Source: an uncultured Alphaproteobacteria bacterium
Lineage (GTDB): Bacteria > Pseudomonadota > Alphaproteobacteria > Rs-D84
DNA: 64,000 nucleotides
Direction of reading: 5' to 3'
Assembly: GCA_947367055.1 (NCBI GenBank)
Contig: CANBCI010000002.1
Location: 78,005-142,004 of the forward strand
The notes under the pieces: generated by a model
Database searches by the model: none
Told to the model about the DNA's origin: nothing
The model's input: only the letters and a program-made list of their open reading frames with translations
Program-made: the position numbers and the translations under genes
Shown here: positions 19,560 through 30,685 of the stretch, piece after piece
Position numbering within the stretch: position 1 is the first letter of the stretch
Layout: the number at the start of each line of letters is the position of its first letter

Positions 19560-20288
19560 TTACATTGTGAAATCTTCGCCCAGGTAAACCTTTTTCACCA
19601 TTTCGTCTTTGACGATTTCGGCGGTGGTTCCGTGCTTTAATATTTTTCCGTCGTGCAGAACATAACTGCGGTCGGTAATACCCAGTGTTTCACGCACATT
19701 ATGGTCGGTAATTATAACGCCCAGTCCACGGTTCTTTAACTGGGATACCAGTGAACGGATTTCATTTACCGCAATCGGGTCAATCCCGGCAAACGGTTCG
19801 TCCAGCAATATGAATTTCGGGTCGTTTGCCAATGCGCGCGCAATTTCAACGCGTCGCCGTTCGCCCCCCGACAGGGCCGTCGCCGGACTGCGCCGCAGGC
19901 TGGATATTGAAAATTCCTCTAATAAAGAATCCAGCTTATATTTTCTTTTTTCCTTGTCCGGTTCTACGACCTCTAATATCGCCATGATGTTCTGTTCCAC
20001 CGTCAGACCGTGAAACACGCTGTTTTCCTGGGGCAGGTACCCTATGTGAAGGCGCGCGCGCTGATAAAACGGCAGGTGGGTTATATCCTGGGAATTAAGA
20101 AATATCTGGCCACCGGTTGCGCTTAACTGGCCGGTGATGCAATAAAACGCCGTTGTTTTCCCGGCCCCGTTCGGCCCCAGCAAACCCACCGATTCGCCTT
20201 GGCGGGCCTCCATCGATATGTCTTTGATAACCATGCGCTTGCCGTATGATTTAGACAGATGTTCAACGCGTAATATGGATTGCTTCAT
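19560..20288 (-). CDS. lptB: LPS export ABC transporter ATP-binding protein
   Basis: Walker A GPNGAGKTT, ABC signature LSGGERRR, Walker B ILLDEP; short ABC ATPase of LptB type adjacent to an OstA-like gene. Confidence 0.9.
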   Translation of the reverse strand: MKQSILRVEHLSKSYGKRMVIKDISMEARQGESVGLLGPNGAGKTTAFYCITGQLSATGGQIFLNSQDITHLPFYQRARLHIGYLPQENSVFHGLTVEQNIMAILEVVEPDKEKRKYKLDSLLEEFSISSLRRSPATALSGGERRRVEIARALANDPKFILLDEPFAGIDPIAVNEIRSLVSQLKNRGLGVIITDHNVRETLGITDRSYVLHDGKILKHGTTAEIVKDEMVKKVYLGEDFTM

Positions 20289-20767
20289 AGTTTTATCACC
20301 AATTCATCTGTGAAAATTTTATCGCCCGTGCTGGAATTAACGCGGACATTTCCAATTAAAGTTATTGTTTTCTTTATGTTGTTATAGCGCGCGGTGTTTG
20401 CGGAAATATCGCTGACCACGCGTCCCTGATCCGTGTTGCGGGTTATTGTCCCCGATATGCGTTCCATAAAGATTTCGTCAGGTTTGTCATATTCCTGGCG
20501 GGCGGATGCCGCGCGGATTTTGAACGGTTCACCATGCTTGTCCGTGCCGGCAAATGACGCGCCCGTCATTTTGAACTGATTGCTTACAATATCCGTCATG
20601 TTAATTGCAGATATCGGTGTCCACAATAATTGCTTGGTGAACAGGGCGCCCGCAACCAGCGCCGCCACCATTACCAGACCCCAACCGGTAAAGAAAAACT
20701 GCCACATGCGCTTTAAGCGCTTGTGTTTTGTAAATATGATAAAATTGCGACGACTTTGTTGTTGCAC
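20285..20767 (-). CDS. LptC/LptA (OstA-like) family LPS transport protein
   Basis: N-terminal TM anchor (WGLVMVAALVAGALF) followed by an OstA-like beta-jellyroll (ITLIGNVRVNSSTGDKIFTDELVI); translationally coupled to lptB (4-nt overlap). Confidence 0.45.
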   Translation of the reverse strand: MQQQSRRNFIIFTKHKRLKRMWQFFFTGWGLVMVAALVAGALFTKQLLWTPISAINMTDIVSNQFKMTGASFAGTDKHGEPFKIRAASARQEYDKPDEIFMERISGTITRNTDQGRVVSDISANTARYNNIKKTITLIGNVRVNSSTGDKIFTDELVIKL

Positions 20768-20854
20768 AGCCCCAGTGTAGCGCGTGAAAAATCAAAAAGC
20801 AATTTTTATATTTATTCCGACTGTTTTTTATGTTATAATAAACCTAGAAGAGAG

Positions 20855-21661
20855 ATGAAAAAAGTTCTGCGCATTATTATTGGGGTGTTGCCGTTGATGA
20901 CGGGAATGTCCGCATACGGTGCGGTCGCCGTGAAAAAGGCGGCGCCGGTCGCGACAACACAAAGTGCCGCGTCGTCCGGCGCGTCAACCGCGGCCAGTAT
21001 TGTTCCAGCCGTTTTGTCGCTGGTCAGTGGGGTGCAGCAATTAACCCAGCAGCAAAAGGAATTAACCGCGGAATGCATCCCGTCAAGCCAGGAAATCGCC
21101 TTTGTTGACAATACAATGAAAGAATGGGCGAAAACCGGCGTCAAAACCGCGGATGAAGTGCAAAAGGAATTAAAGCGGTCGCGGTGCAGTTCGGCCGACG
21201 GGTATGCACATTCGGTTTTAATGGCCGCCGGAACAGAGGCGGATACAATTTGCTACAACTATTTTTCGGGCGAAGGAAACAAGGGTATGGTCTGGGAAAA
21301 TTACCCAAAGGTCGGCAGTACGACATATTGTGCGGATGGTTCAATGTCATGCTCGGCCAAAAACAAGAAAAATGCGTCCGATATTTATGAAATATTCAAT
21401 GTCATTGATTTTACAGAGGCCGACTATACCGCGGCCGAAGCGACAATGGCCGCAAAATTGATTTCCAAAATTGAAAAATGTTCAACCGCAAGATTGAATG
21501 CCCGCAAAAAACAGGCCTGGGGTAATTTCTTGATAGAAACAATGGGCAATGTCGGGCAGAGTACGAATACAGGCGCCATTATGCAATCTGTCGGCAGTAT
21601 TTCCAGCGGCGGTGGCCTGTCGTCCCTGGGTGCAATTGCATCACAGTTTATGGACAAGTAA
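20855..21661 (+). CDS. secreted hypothetical protein (signal peptide, multiple Cys)
   Basis: MKKVLRIIIGVLPLMTGMSAYGAVA signal peptide; Ala/Ser-rich linker; terminator hairpin after stop. Confidence 0.5.
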   Translation: MKKVLRIIIGVLPLMTGMSAYGAVAVKKAAPVATTQSAASSGASTAASIVPAVLSLVSGVQQLTQQQKELTAECIPSSQEIAFVDNTMKEWAKTGVKTADEVQKELKRSRCSSADGYAHSVLMAAGTEADTICYNYFSGEGNKGMVWENYPKVGSTTYCADGSMSCSAKNKKNASDIYEIFNVIDFTEADYTAAEATMAAKLISKIEKCSTARLNARKKQAWGNFLIETMGNVGQSTNTGAIMQSVGSISSGGGLSSLGAIASQFMDK

Positions 21662-21784
21662 AAATTTGGCGCCGGGTGGCGCCTGTTTTTAAATAAAAAT
21701 TATCCTTGGGATATGTTTGCTTTTTCGCTTTACTCAATTGTTCAAAAATCGTATAATAACAAAGATTACAGAAAGGAATTATTT

Positions 21785-23284
21785 ATGAAAAATAAATCTG
21801 TCGTATCAAAGTGGGTGTTGTCACGCATGATTATTGGCGCCGCCGTGGTGACTTTGGCGGGTTGTGCGAAGTTTGGCAACAATGCGGAAAATGCGGGCGC
21901 ATACGGGCCGGTGTCGACGCCGACGGTTGACTATGTCGAACAATTGGATGTTTATTCCGCCCCGCACCAGGATTCCTTTTTAAACCAATTGGCGATGAAT
22001 TATCGTTCGTATGCAATTTACAATGCCCGCACCAGCGGATATTCTGAAATGGGCGAATTGTTCGCGCAAAAGGCCGTCGCCGCATTCAGCGGTGAATTGC
22101 CGTTTCCGGAAACCCTGTCAAACTGGCCGGTTGAGAGCGAACAGGAAGCCTTTGAATTAAACAATGCATATAATGACTTGCTGGATCAGTTGAAAAATGA
22201 TGCCAGTGAATTGAACCCTGAACTTGCCGCCGAGGCACAGGCAAAGTTTGATTGTTGGCTGTCGGCATCGGCCAGTGGCCAGACGGCCACCGCCGCACAA
22301 TGTCGTGACCGTTTTGAAAAGGCTTTGACCGCGCTGCGTGACTGCAAGGGGGGTAAAGTTGTTTCCAATGCCAAAAAATCTGAAAAAACACAGCCTGTGG
22401 CGAAACAAAATAACGGCGCCGCGCCGGAATATTATCCGGAAACACGCGATATGGCCGTTATGCGTACGGTTGCGCCGCGCGATGGGGTGATTATTGTTAA
22501 TAATGTAAATGTTCCCGAACATCTGATTAACCCGGTTCCGGTTCAGCCAATGGTATTCAACCAGAATATTTATAGTTCCGATAAGCAGCCGGTCGCGGTT
22601 GAAAACAGCATGGCGCCGGATGTGCAAGCACCGTCTTATACCGATGTTGACACTTTGGTTGAACCGACTCCGGTTGCCAATGAAATTCCGATGGTAGGCA
22701 ATGAATTGGTTTCGCGTGAAGAATTTATTAACATGATGATGGCAATGCGCGCGGAATTGGCGGCGATTAATGCCCGCCTGGACCAGATTCAGGCCGCCGG
22801 CAGCGAAAAAACGATGATAAAGGTTCAGCAGATTCCGCTGGAACCGACCCAGCATGTGATGGAGGAAATTTTTGAAATCCGCTTTGATTTCAACAAGGCG
22901 ACCATAAAGCCGGAATATCAGGCGTTGATTAAAAAATTGGCATCCGCAACCCAAGATAACAAAAATATCAAGGTTTCTGTTGTCGGCCACACCGACACCA
23001 TGGGCAGCAAGGATTATAACTACGCGTTGGGCGGCCGCCGTGCAGAGGCTGTACAGAACATGCTGATTAAATACGGTATTCCGGCCAGCCAAATTGTTGC
23101 GGTATCCGCCGGCGAAGAGGGGTTAAAAGTTCCGACACCCGACGGCGTTGCAAATGCGGAAAACCGCCGCGTCCGTGTCGTAAAGGAAGTTCATTATACT
23201 AAACCGGCCACGCCACAGCCCGTATCTGTTTCGGTCGAAGAATATTCACCGACGGAATGCGGAATGTATGGTTGCGACCAATAG
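21785..23284 (+). CDS. OmpA-family lipoprotein (peptidoglycan-associated)
   Basis: Lipobox LAGC; C-terminal OmpA-like domain (NKATIKPEY...VVGHTDTMGSKDYNYALGGRRAEAVQNML...NRRVRV). Confidence 0.8.
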   Translation: MKNKSVVSKWVLSRMIIGAAVVTLAGCAKFGNNAENAGAYGPVSTPTVDYVEQLDVYSAPHQDSFLNQLAMNYRSYAIYNARTSGYSEMGELFAQKAVAAFSGELPFPETLSNWPVESEQEAFELNNAYNDLLDQLKNDASELNPELAAEAQAKFDCWLSASASGQTATAAQCRDRFEKALTALRDCKGGKVVSNAKKSEKTQPVAKQNNGAAPEYYPETRDMAVMRTVAPRDGVIIVNNVNVPEHLINPVPVQPMVFNQNIYSSDKQPVAVENSMAPDVQAPSYTDVDTLVEPTPVANEIPMVGNELVSREEFINMMMAMRAELAAINARLDQIQAAGSEKTMIKVQQIPLEPTQHVMEEIFEIRFDFNKATIKPEYQALIKKLASATQDNKNIKVSVVGHTDTMGSKDYNYALGGRRAEAVQNMLIKYGIPASQIVAVSAGEEGLKVPTPDGVANAENRRVRVVKEVHYTKPATPQPVSVSVEEYSPTECGMYGCDQ

Positions 23285-23309
23285 GATAATGGTGCAGGGT
23301 ATTTAATGC

Positions 23310-23338
23310 TTGACAAAAATAATTTGTTGGTGTATATT
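23310..23338 (+). promoter_or_regulatory. near-consensus sigma70 promoter (TTGACA -17- TATATT)
   Basis: -35 TTGACA 23310-23315, 17-nt spacer, -10 TATATT 23333-23338; drives the small ORF at 23379. Confidence 0.5.
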
Positions 23339-23378
23339 TCCCTGCGTCAGAGAGATGTTTTGAAAAGAGGCATTGAAA

Positions 23379-23540
23379 ATGACTGATATGGTAAAGAAGT
23401 TCAATGCGGCGGGTGCTGCAATGGAACAAAAATCAAAAGTGGCCGGTTGGCGTCGTGGCCAGGGATTGGTCGCGGTTAACCTAAGGGCGGAATTGCAGCG
23501 TCGTGGCGTTGTGTATGGAAACGACGAACAGTCGATGTAA
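23379..23540 (+). CDS. small hypothetical protein (53 aa)
   Basis: ATG preceded by AAGAGG RBS and a consensus promoter; below the 60-aa cutoff of the ORF track; MTDMVKKFNAAGAAMEQKSKVAGWRRGQGLVAVNLRAELQRRGVVYGNDEQSM. Confidence 0.35.
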   Translation: MTDMVKKFNAAGAAMEQKSKVAGWRRGQGLVAVNLRAELQRRGVVYGNDEQSM

Positions 23541-23657
23541 ACACCTTTCTGGTTGTTATTATTCGGCGGGGATATTCGGTTATCCCTGCCGTTTGTCTTT
23601 TAAATAAATGTATTTTCAATGCGTTGGAATATGAAAAAATCCCCGAATCTGGGGAAT

Positions 23658-23867
23658 TTATTTTTTGGCCGCCAGAAATAATGCGTACAGCCAGCCGATT
23701 CCCGTCCACCAAAGGGTCAGTGACGCAACACGAACCGTGCATGAAATCGTTTTGTCTTTGCCGGTTTTTATGGCAATCAATGTCGGGGCCGATATTATCA
23801 GGATGAATATGGCAATTGCGAACATCCATTTCAGCGTCAACATAAAATAAAACAAAAACTGCATCAT
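23658..23867 (-). CDS. small integral membrane protein (69 aa)
   Basis: Two predicted TM helices; immediately downstream of eno on the same strand. Confidence 0.3.
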   Translation of the reverse strand: MMQFLFYFMLTLKWMFAIAIFILIISAPTLIAIKTGKDKTISCTVRVASLTLWWTGIGWLYALFLAAKK

Positions 23868-23933
23868 TTTATTTTTTTATTTTTTCACCGGGGCGGGGCG
23901 TTTATCCGCCGCCCCGGTATCTTTCTTTATGGA

Positions 23934-25226
<1,293 letters not shown>

Positions 25227-25309
25227 TCAAGAATAAAATTTCATCTTGTCCTAGACAACTAATTGCGCAATAATATAATATAAATATAAATCAGAGTAAA
25301 ACAAAAATT

Positions 25310-28300
25310 ATGATGAAAAAAATAATTTCTTTTATATGTTGTCTGTTTCCGATTGGCGCAAATGCGGCCGATGCGATTGTATATGATTCCACCCACCCGG
25401 GCAGCAGTCATGTCGTCACCGCGGACGGTTTGACGGTAAATAATGTATATGTGGGTGTGACCGATCCGGTGACGGGCGCGCTGGCTGATAATTTTTATGT
25501 CGGCGAAAACGCCAATGCCAGCAAGCGGTTTGATATTGTCGGCACTGCGGGTGGCGCAATTACGGTAAATTCCTTATTAAATATTGCCCAGGACTGGAAC
25601 CTTTCAATCGGCGGCCTGGCCCAGAATCCAATCAATGTGACATTGGGCGTGGACGCAAATGCCGCGGTCAATGCGATTGGCGGGTTGACGCTGCAAAATA
25701 TTGATACGCTCAAAATCGGTGGGCCATTGATTGGGGGTACGGCCGACGCCACAACCGGTGCGGTTGACATTGCGTCGGGCGGCGTGAATATTTCGGCAAA
25801 CACAATTGACGCGGGCGCAATAACAATAAACGGCGGTGGAACCAAACTGGCGCCGCATCAAATTCAGTCAACCGGTAATTTCAAAACCGCGCAATTAAAG
25901 AATAACGGCGGATACACATTTGTAAATGCGGGTTCCATGGATGTTGTGACCACGACCGGGGATGACGGGGCGATATCCGGCGGGTCTGTTGAAAATATGA
26001 ATACGGGCGGAACGCTGAATTTATATTTGGGGGGGGCGTTGAATATTGGCGCGGATTTGGAAAATTCCGGTTCTATGACGATACAGCGCAATGCCGCGGA
26101 CAGTGTTGTTGATGTTGTTGTCGGCGGTACGGTTAAAAATGATTCTGCGTCGGATGCGTCGACATTTGGTACAATGAATATAACGGTTGACTCGCTGCGT
26201 GTTAATGGCGGTACCGGTGGGGATGCGTCATTGGTTAACAAGGGGGATATGTATCTGACCATTAGTGGGGCAACATACCTTGCCAATGGAATTGATTTGT
26301 CGTCCATGGGCGCGGCGAATATATTCTCGTTGGAAACAGGGACGCTGACTATAAACAATATGACGGATTTATTGCACAAGGCCGGAACCGTCAGCATAAA
26401 GGTCACAAATGGCGGAATGACATTTAACGACATTGAAAATGATGCAGAAATGCTGTTGAGTGCAACCCAAGTCAATCTTGCAAAAATTACAAATAACAGC
26501 AATCTAAATATCAGTACAATAAATTCCGGTGATATTACAATTTCGCAGGATATAGAGGCATCCGCAACCGCGAATACAACCATTAACGCGACCGGTAATC
26601 TGCAGGCGGCCGGTGTCGGCAATGCCGGCGTTATGGAATTAACCGGTAAGACCATAAGCGTCTTGGGTGATGTGTCAAATACAGGGCAATCCTTGCAAAT
26701 TTTGGCGACAACGGACACGACCGGCGATATACATATCACCGGCAATGTCACCAATGCCGGCGGCGATAATGCGGGCGCGATGACAATAAATTCGCGCCAG
26801 GTTGAAATTGACGGGGTTTTAACTAGTAACTCGGGAACAACGAATATAATCGCGTCCGACAGCAATGCAAACGGGATAAAAATCGGCTCGGTTGTGACAA
26901 ACGGCGGCGTGTTGAATATGGATGCGCTGGTCGGGGTAAATGTCACGAACGGTGCGAATATATCAAATGGCGCCTTGAATTTTAGTGACAAGACGCATTC
27001 GTTTACGGCGGCCGAATCGATAAATGTCGGTGGTGCGGTTAACGTCGGGGGCGCCGCGGGTACGGCCGCGTCTGCTGGTGATGTCAATATCGCATCCAGC
27101 GGGGTGACAAATTTTGTTATGACATCAACCGGCGGCGTGATAAGCGTTGCGAACGGCATTTCCACGACGGATGACGGCAATTCACGCGGGGCGCAGTTTG
27201 TTGCATCAAACATAATTGTCGGCGAATTGGATGCAACGGATAATACACAGGTCACCAAAGTCAGTGATGTAACCGCAAACAGAAATGGGCGCCTGATATT
27301 CGGCAGCAGCGATTCGTACGCATCCGCCTTGCGGGTCACCGGCGATATGAATGTGAACCAGGGCGGCACGGTTGACCTTTATGTAAACGGGACGACGGTA
27401 TCGGCGCTGAATGTCAATGGATTGCTGCGGGCGCATGGTGCAAATATTACGGCAGACGGTGCAAATGGCATTAACATTGACGCGTCTGGCGCCGGCATAT
27501 GGTTTGGTGCGGCATCCCCCGCGACAAACCCGATTCCGGAACCCACATCCGGGCTGGTGGCCAAGGATACATCCACATTGACGCTTGCAACAACGGCGGA
27601 TGGCGCGGATATAATTGTAAAGGGCTATGTTCTGGCGGGTACGGGCAAGTCGCTGACATTGACATCGGCGGATGAAATAGATATTACGGGAACCGTTTAT
27701 TCAAACGGTGTAATGGTTGCAAATGCGGCCACCGTAGCAAAGTTTGAAAGCCAGATAAACAACACAGGAACGCTGAATGTAAATGCAAAGAGTGTTGACG
27801 CGTATTCCATGAACAACAACGGTTCAACGGCCAGTGCGATAATAACGGCCACCGGCGGTGACATTGTATTCGCTGATACGGTTTCTTCATCAGGTTCCAT
27901 GGCGCTGAATGCGGTGGGCAATAATGTCAAGACCGGTGCGTTTAATGTGAGTGGCGGTACATCCGTTGTCACGGCGTCGGCCTTGGATTCTTATTCAATA
28001 GATGTGACTAACGGTGGTGCGTTAAATCTGAATACGGCAAATGTGACTGTGGCCACAAACGGTCAGTTCTTGGCCAATAACAATATAACCGTTGTTGGCA
28101 ACATGGTCCAGGGCGGTGCGACCACTGGCGCATTGAACCTGACGCAGAACAATACGACGGTTGCCGCGACCAATTTGAATGTTACCGGGGAATTTTTGGC
28201 AAATTCCAATACGGCAACATACAATATCGGCGAAAATATTGGAATCACCGGCGGCATTTTGGTGTCGGGCACCGGGGCCAATGTAACGATGAATGCCAAA

Positions 28301-30577
28301 AATATTTCGACCGAGGCCACAAATGCGGCTGGGGATGTTATAAATGTCGGCAAATTGACGCTGAATGCGACCGAATCGACTGTTTTGGGCGATGTTATAA
28401 ACAATGGCGGCACAATTACATTGAATTCGCCGGTGGCGAATGTGGACAGCTTTTCGGTTAATGCCGGTAACGCGGTGTTGAACGGTGGTGAATTGATTAG
28501 TGCCGGGGCCATTGTCGGCGGTAATCTGCGCCAGTTTTCCAATACGGTCGACGGCAGTGCGGATATTGACATAATGACCGATGATTACAAAATTACATCG
28601 GCCTCGGCCAGTCTGAACAATATTTTACAGGGCAACGGACGGTTGCACCTAAAGACCGGAAAATTGGATGTTGCGGGCAATATTGATGCGACAAATTTGC
28701 GTATCGGGGCGGAATCTGCCGGCAATTGGCTGATTGCCGACATTGGGGGTAATGTTTCAAACAATACCGAATTTGTCGGATTAAAGCATATGAATATCGG
28801 CGGAAACTACTATTTCAATAACAACAGCATGCTGCACGCTGCGATTTTGCCGTACAAGAATGCGACAACCGAAAACAATGAAAGCCCGTATAATTACTGG
28901 TCGACGGTCAGCCTGAATGACGACAGCACATTGGGTAAAATCACAAACGGTGTTAATGGCGAAGCACTGATTGAGGTTAAAAACAAGTTTGTATCCAATA
29001 TCGACCCGTTGCCGGAATCGAATGGAATGCCGCTGCAGAACGGTCATGTTGGCATCGATTTGTTTAGTGTTGTTGACCAGGGCACGGCGATATGGTTGCT
29101 GCATGCGGAAAACGGGTTGGAAGAATTGGGGACAAAAATCCGAAATCTGAATGTTAATTTCTGTAATGCGGATGCAAGTTTGTGCTTTAATTATCTCGAT
29201 TCGTTAAGTGCGGGCGCACTGGGGTATGAAAATTCCCCGGATGAAAAATTGCCGGTGTACATTTCGGTGCGCGATTCGGATGACGACGGCATCGAAGACA
29301 GTTTGTACATCGTGTTTGACCCGCGTTTCGGCGGCCCGGTAGAGGTGTTCAAGATTCAACCAATCGTTGGACGCGACGAAACCCATACCGAGGGTGAATA
29401 TGTGTCCGCCGGCGCACTGGACAACCTGATAGAAGGCCAGCTGTATAACAAAGGTTTTTATAACACAACCCCGATTGAGGCAATACCGCTGATATTCCGC
29501 GACACCAATTTGGCGACAATGGGTGACGAATTGTACAAGCGCATGGAATATTACAACCTAAATCGTGACGGGGCGGGCTTATCGCGCTTTAGCCGCCTGT
29601 TCCAGGTTCATGAATTAGACCAGATTGCGGGCAGCGTCGCATTGAATGAACACACATCGTTCCGCGATTTCGAAGACCGCATGCTGGACGAATTTATATG
29701 GAACCGCAACCGCAATTTGAAAAAGACGTGGCTGGACTTTGATTTCGGCATATTCTCGCAAAAAGTTTCGGATGACAAAACGGTTGACGGCAATCGATTC
29801 AGCGTATTTGGCGGGTTTGATTGGCAATCGTCCCAGACGCTGATTTTGGGATTGGCGGCGCGTGCGTCATATATGTCCGGCAAAAATGACGATTCGTTTA
29901 ATGTCGGGTATCGCCCGGGTGAATTCATTGCCGGTGATGTTGATGTTGATGTCAGTGACACAAACATCGGCGTCGGCGGTTATTTGATGAAAACGCTGGG
30001 GGACAAGATGCGCCTGTATGGAAATGCGTTTTTAGATGTGCATTTGTTGGATGTTTCGCGTGAACAAACATATATTAACGACAAAATCGAGGGTGACGGC
30101 ACGGCATTCAGTTTGGTTTCCGAATGGGGATTGCTGCATGATTGGCTGAACCAGTATATTGTGGGCAATGCGTATGCGCGAATCGGATATAATACGGGCT
30201 TTTCTGTTAAGGAAAAGGTTGGCGGTGACGAGTACATGAAACTGGAATCCGATGGATATATGATATTGACGCCGGGTTATTCGTTGACATTCCAGAAACG
30301 CATTTATCCGTCCGCATGGTTCCAGATTCGTCCGTACGCGTCGGCGGGCATTGAATATGATGTTCTGGGGACCCCGGACAAGGTACAGTATAAATTTGCA
30401 TTGGCGCGCGATTTCACGGATTATGATATAAAGATTGATCCGCTGTGGGCCTATGCGGGGGGCGGCGTGGAAATGCTGTCGGTAAGCGGGTTCCAGGTCG
30501 GCCTGGATTACCGGTACCAGTATAATGCGGATATTCAAATGCATAATATAAAGGTTTCCGCATCGTACAGATTTTAA
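25310..30577 (+). CDS. autotransporter (type Va) adhesin-like protein with beta-helical repeat passenger and C-terminal beta-barrel
   Basis: Signal peptide MMKKIISFICCLFPIGANA; around 1400 aa of G/N/T/V-rich beta-helix repeats; C-terminal ~280 aa with alternating beta-strand pattern ending ...VSASYRF (terminal aromatic). Confidence 0.8.
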   Translation: MMKKIISFICCLFPIGANAADAIVYDSTHPGSSHVVTADGLTVNNVYVGVTDPVTGALADNFYVGENANASKRFDIVGTAGGAITVNSLLNIAQDWNLSIGGLAQNPINVTLGVDANAAVNAIGGLTLQNIDTLKIGGPLIGGTADATTGAVDIASGGVNISANTIDAGAITINGGGTKLAPHQIQSTGNFKTAQLKNNGGYTFVNAGSMDVVTTTGDDGAISGGSVENMNTGGTLNLYLGGALNIGADLENSGSMTIQRNAADSVVDVVVGGTVKNDSASDASTFGTMNITVDSLRVNGGTGGDASLVNKGDMYLTISGATYLANGIDLSSMGAANIFSLETGTLTINNMTDLLHKAGTVSIKVTNGGMTFNDIENDAEMLLSATQVNLAKITNNSNLNISTINSGDITISQDIEASATANTTINATGNLQAAGVGNAGVMELTGKTISVLGDVSNTGQSLQILATTDTTGDIHITGNVTNAGGDNAGAMTINSRQVEIDGVLTSNSGTTNIIASDSNANGIKIGSVVTNGGVLNMDALVGVNVTNGANISNGALNFSDKTHSFTAAESINVGGAVNVGGAAGTAASAGDVNIASSGVTNFVMTSTGGVISVANGISTTDDGNSRGAQFVASNIIVGELDATDNTQVTKVSDVTANRNGRLIFGSSDSYASALRVTGDMNVNQGGTVDLYVNGTTVSALNVNGLLRAHGANITADGANGINIDASGAGIWFGAASPATNPIPEPTSGLVAKDTSTLTLATTADGADIIVKGYVLAGTGKSLTLTSADEIDITGTVYSNGVMVANAATVAKFESQINNTGTLNVNAKSVDAYSMNNNGSTASAIITATGGDIVFADTVSSSGSMALNAVGNNVKTGAFNVSGGTSVVTASALDSYSIDVTNGGALNLNTANVTVATNGQFLANNNITVVGNMVQGGATTGALNLTQNNTTVAATNLNVTGEFLANSNTATYNIGENIGITGGILVSGTGANVTMNAKNISTEATNAAGDVINVGKLTLNATESTVLGDVINNGGTITLNSPVANVDSFSVNAGNAVLNGGELISAGAIVGGNLRQFSNTVDGSADIDIMTDDYKITSASASLNNILQGNGRLHLKTGKLDVAGNIDATNLRIGAESAGNWLIADIGGNVSNNTEFVGLKHMNIGGNYYFNNNSMLHAAILPYKNATTENNESPYNYWSTVSLNDDSTLGKITNGVNGEALIEVKNKFVSNIDPLPESNGMPLQNGHVGIDLFSVVDQGTAIWLLHAENGLEELGTKIRNLNVNFCNADASLCFNYLDSLSAGALGYENSPDEKLPVYISVRDSDDDGIEDSLYIVFDPRFGGPVEVFKIQPIVGRDETHTEGEYVSAGALDNLIEGQLYNKGFYNTTPIEAIPLIFRDTNLATMGDELYKRMEYYNLNRDGAGLSRFSRLFQVHELDQIAGSVALNEHTSFRDFEDRMLDEFIWNRNRNLKKTWLDFDFGIFSQKVSDDKTVDGNRFSVFGGFDWQSSQTLILGLAARASYMSGKNDDSFNVGYRPGEFIAGDVDVDVSDTNIGVGGYLMKTLGDKMRLYGNAFLDVHLLDVSREQTYINDKIEGDGTAFSLVSEWGLLHDWLNQYIVGNAYARIGYNTGFSVKEKVGGDEYMKLESDGYMILTPGYSLTFQKRIYPSAWFQIRPYASAGIEYDVLGTPDKVQYKFALARDFTDYDIKIDPLWAYAGGGVEMLSVSGFQVGLDYRYQYNADIQMHNIKVSASYRF

Positions 30578-30584
30578 CTATTAT

Positions 30585-30613
30585 CACCCCCGTTTTCGGG
30601 GGTAAAATTTTTT
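30585..30613 (+). terminator. Rho-independent terminator after autotransporter gene
   Basis: CCCCCGTTTTCGGGGG hairpin then T-run. Confidence 0.55.
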
Positions 30614-30685
30614 ATAAAAAAAGTTCTTTAAGAATATATTCACATTTGCTACTTTATTCTCTGGACCCCGCGTTTGGGAGAGGGG

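Noticed and set aside
22157-23092. 311-aa minus-strand ORF overlapping the OmpA-family lipoprotein gene
   Set aside because: Antisense shadow ORF. Arg/His/Asn-rich nonsense composition. The plus-strand gene has clear lipobox and OmpA domain.
25864-27369. 501-aa ORF on the minus strand inside the autotransporter gene
   Set aside because: Antisense to a long, compositionally biased repetitive gene. Its product is proline/Val/Thr-rich mirror-image low complexity with no start context; a typical shadow ORF.
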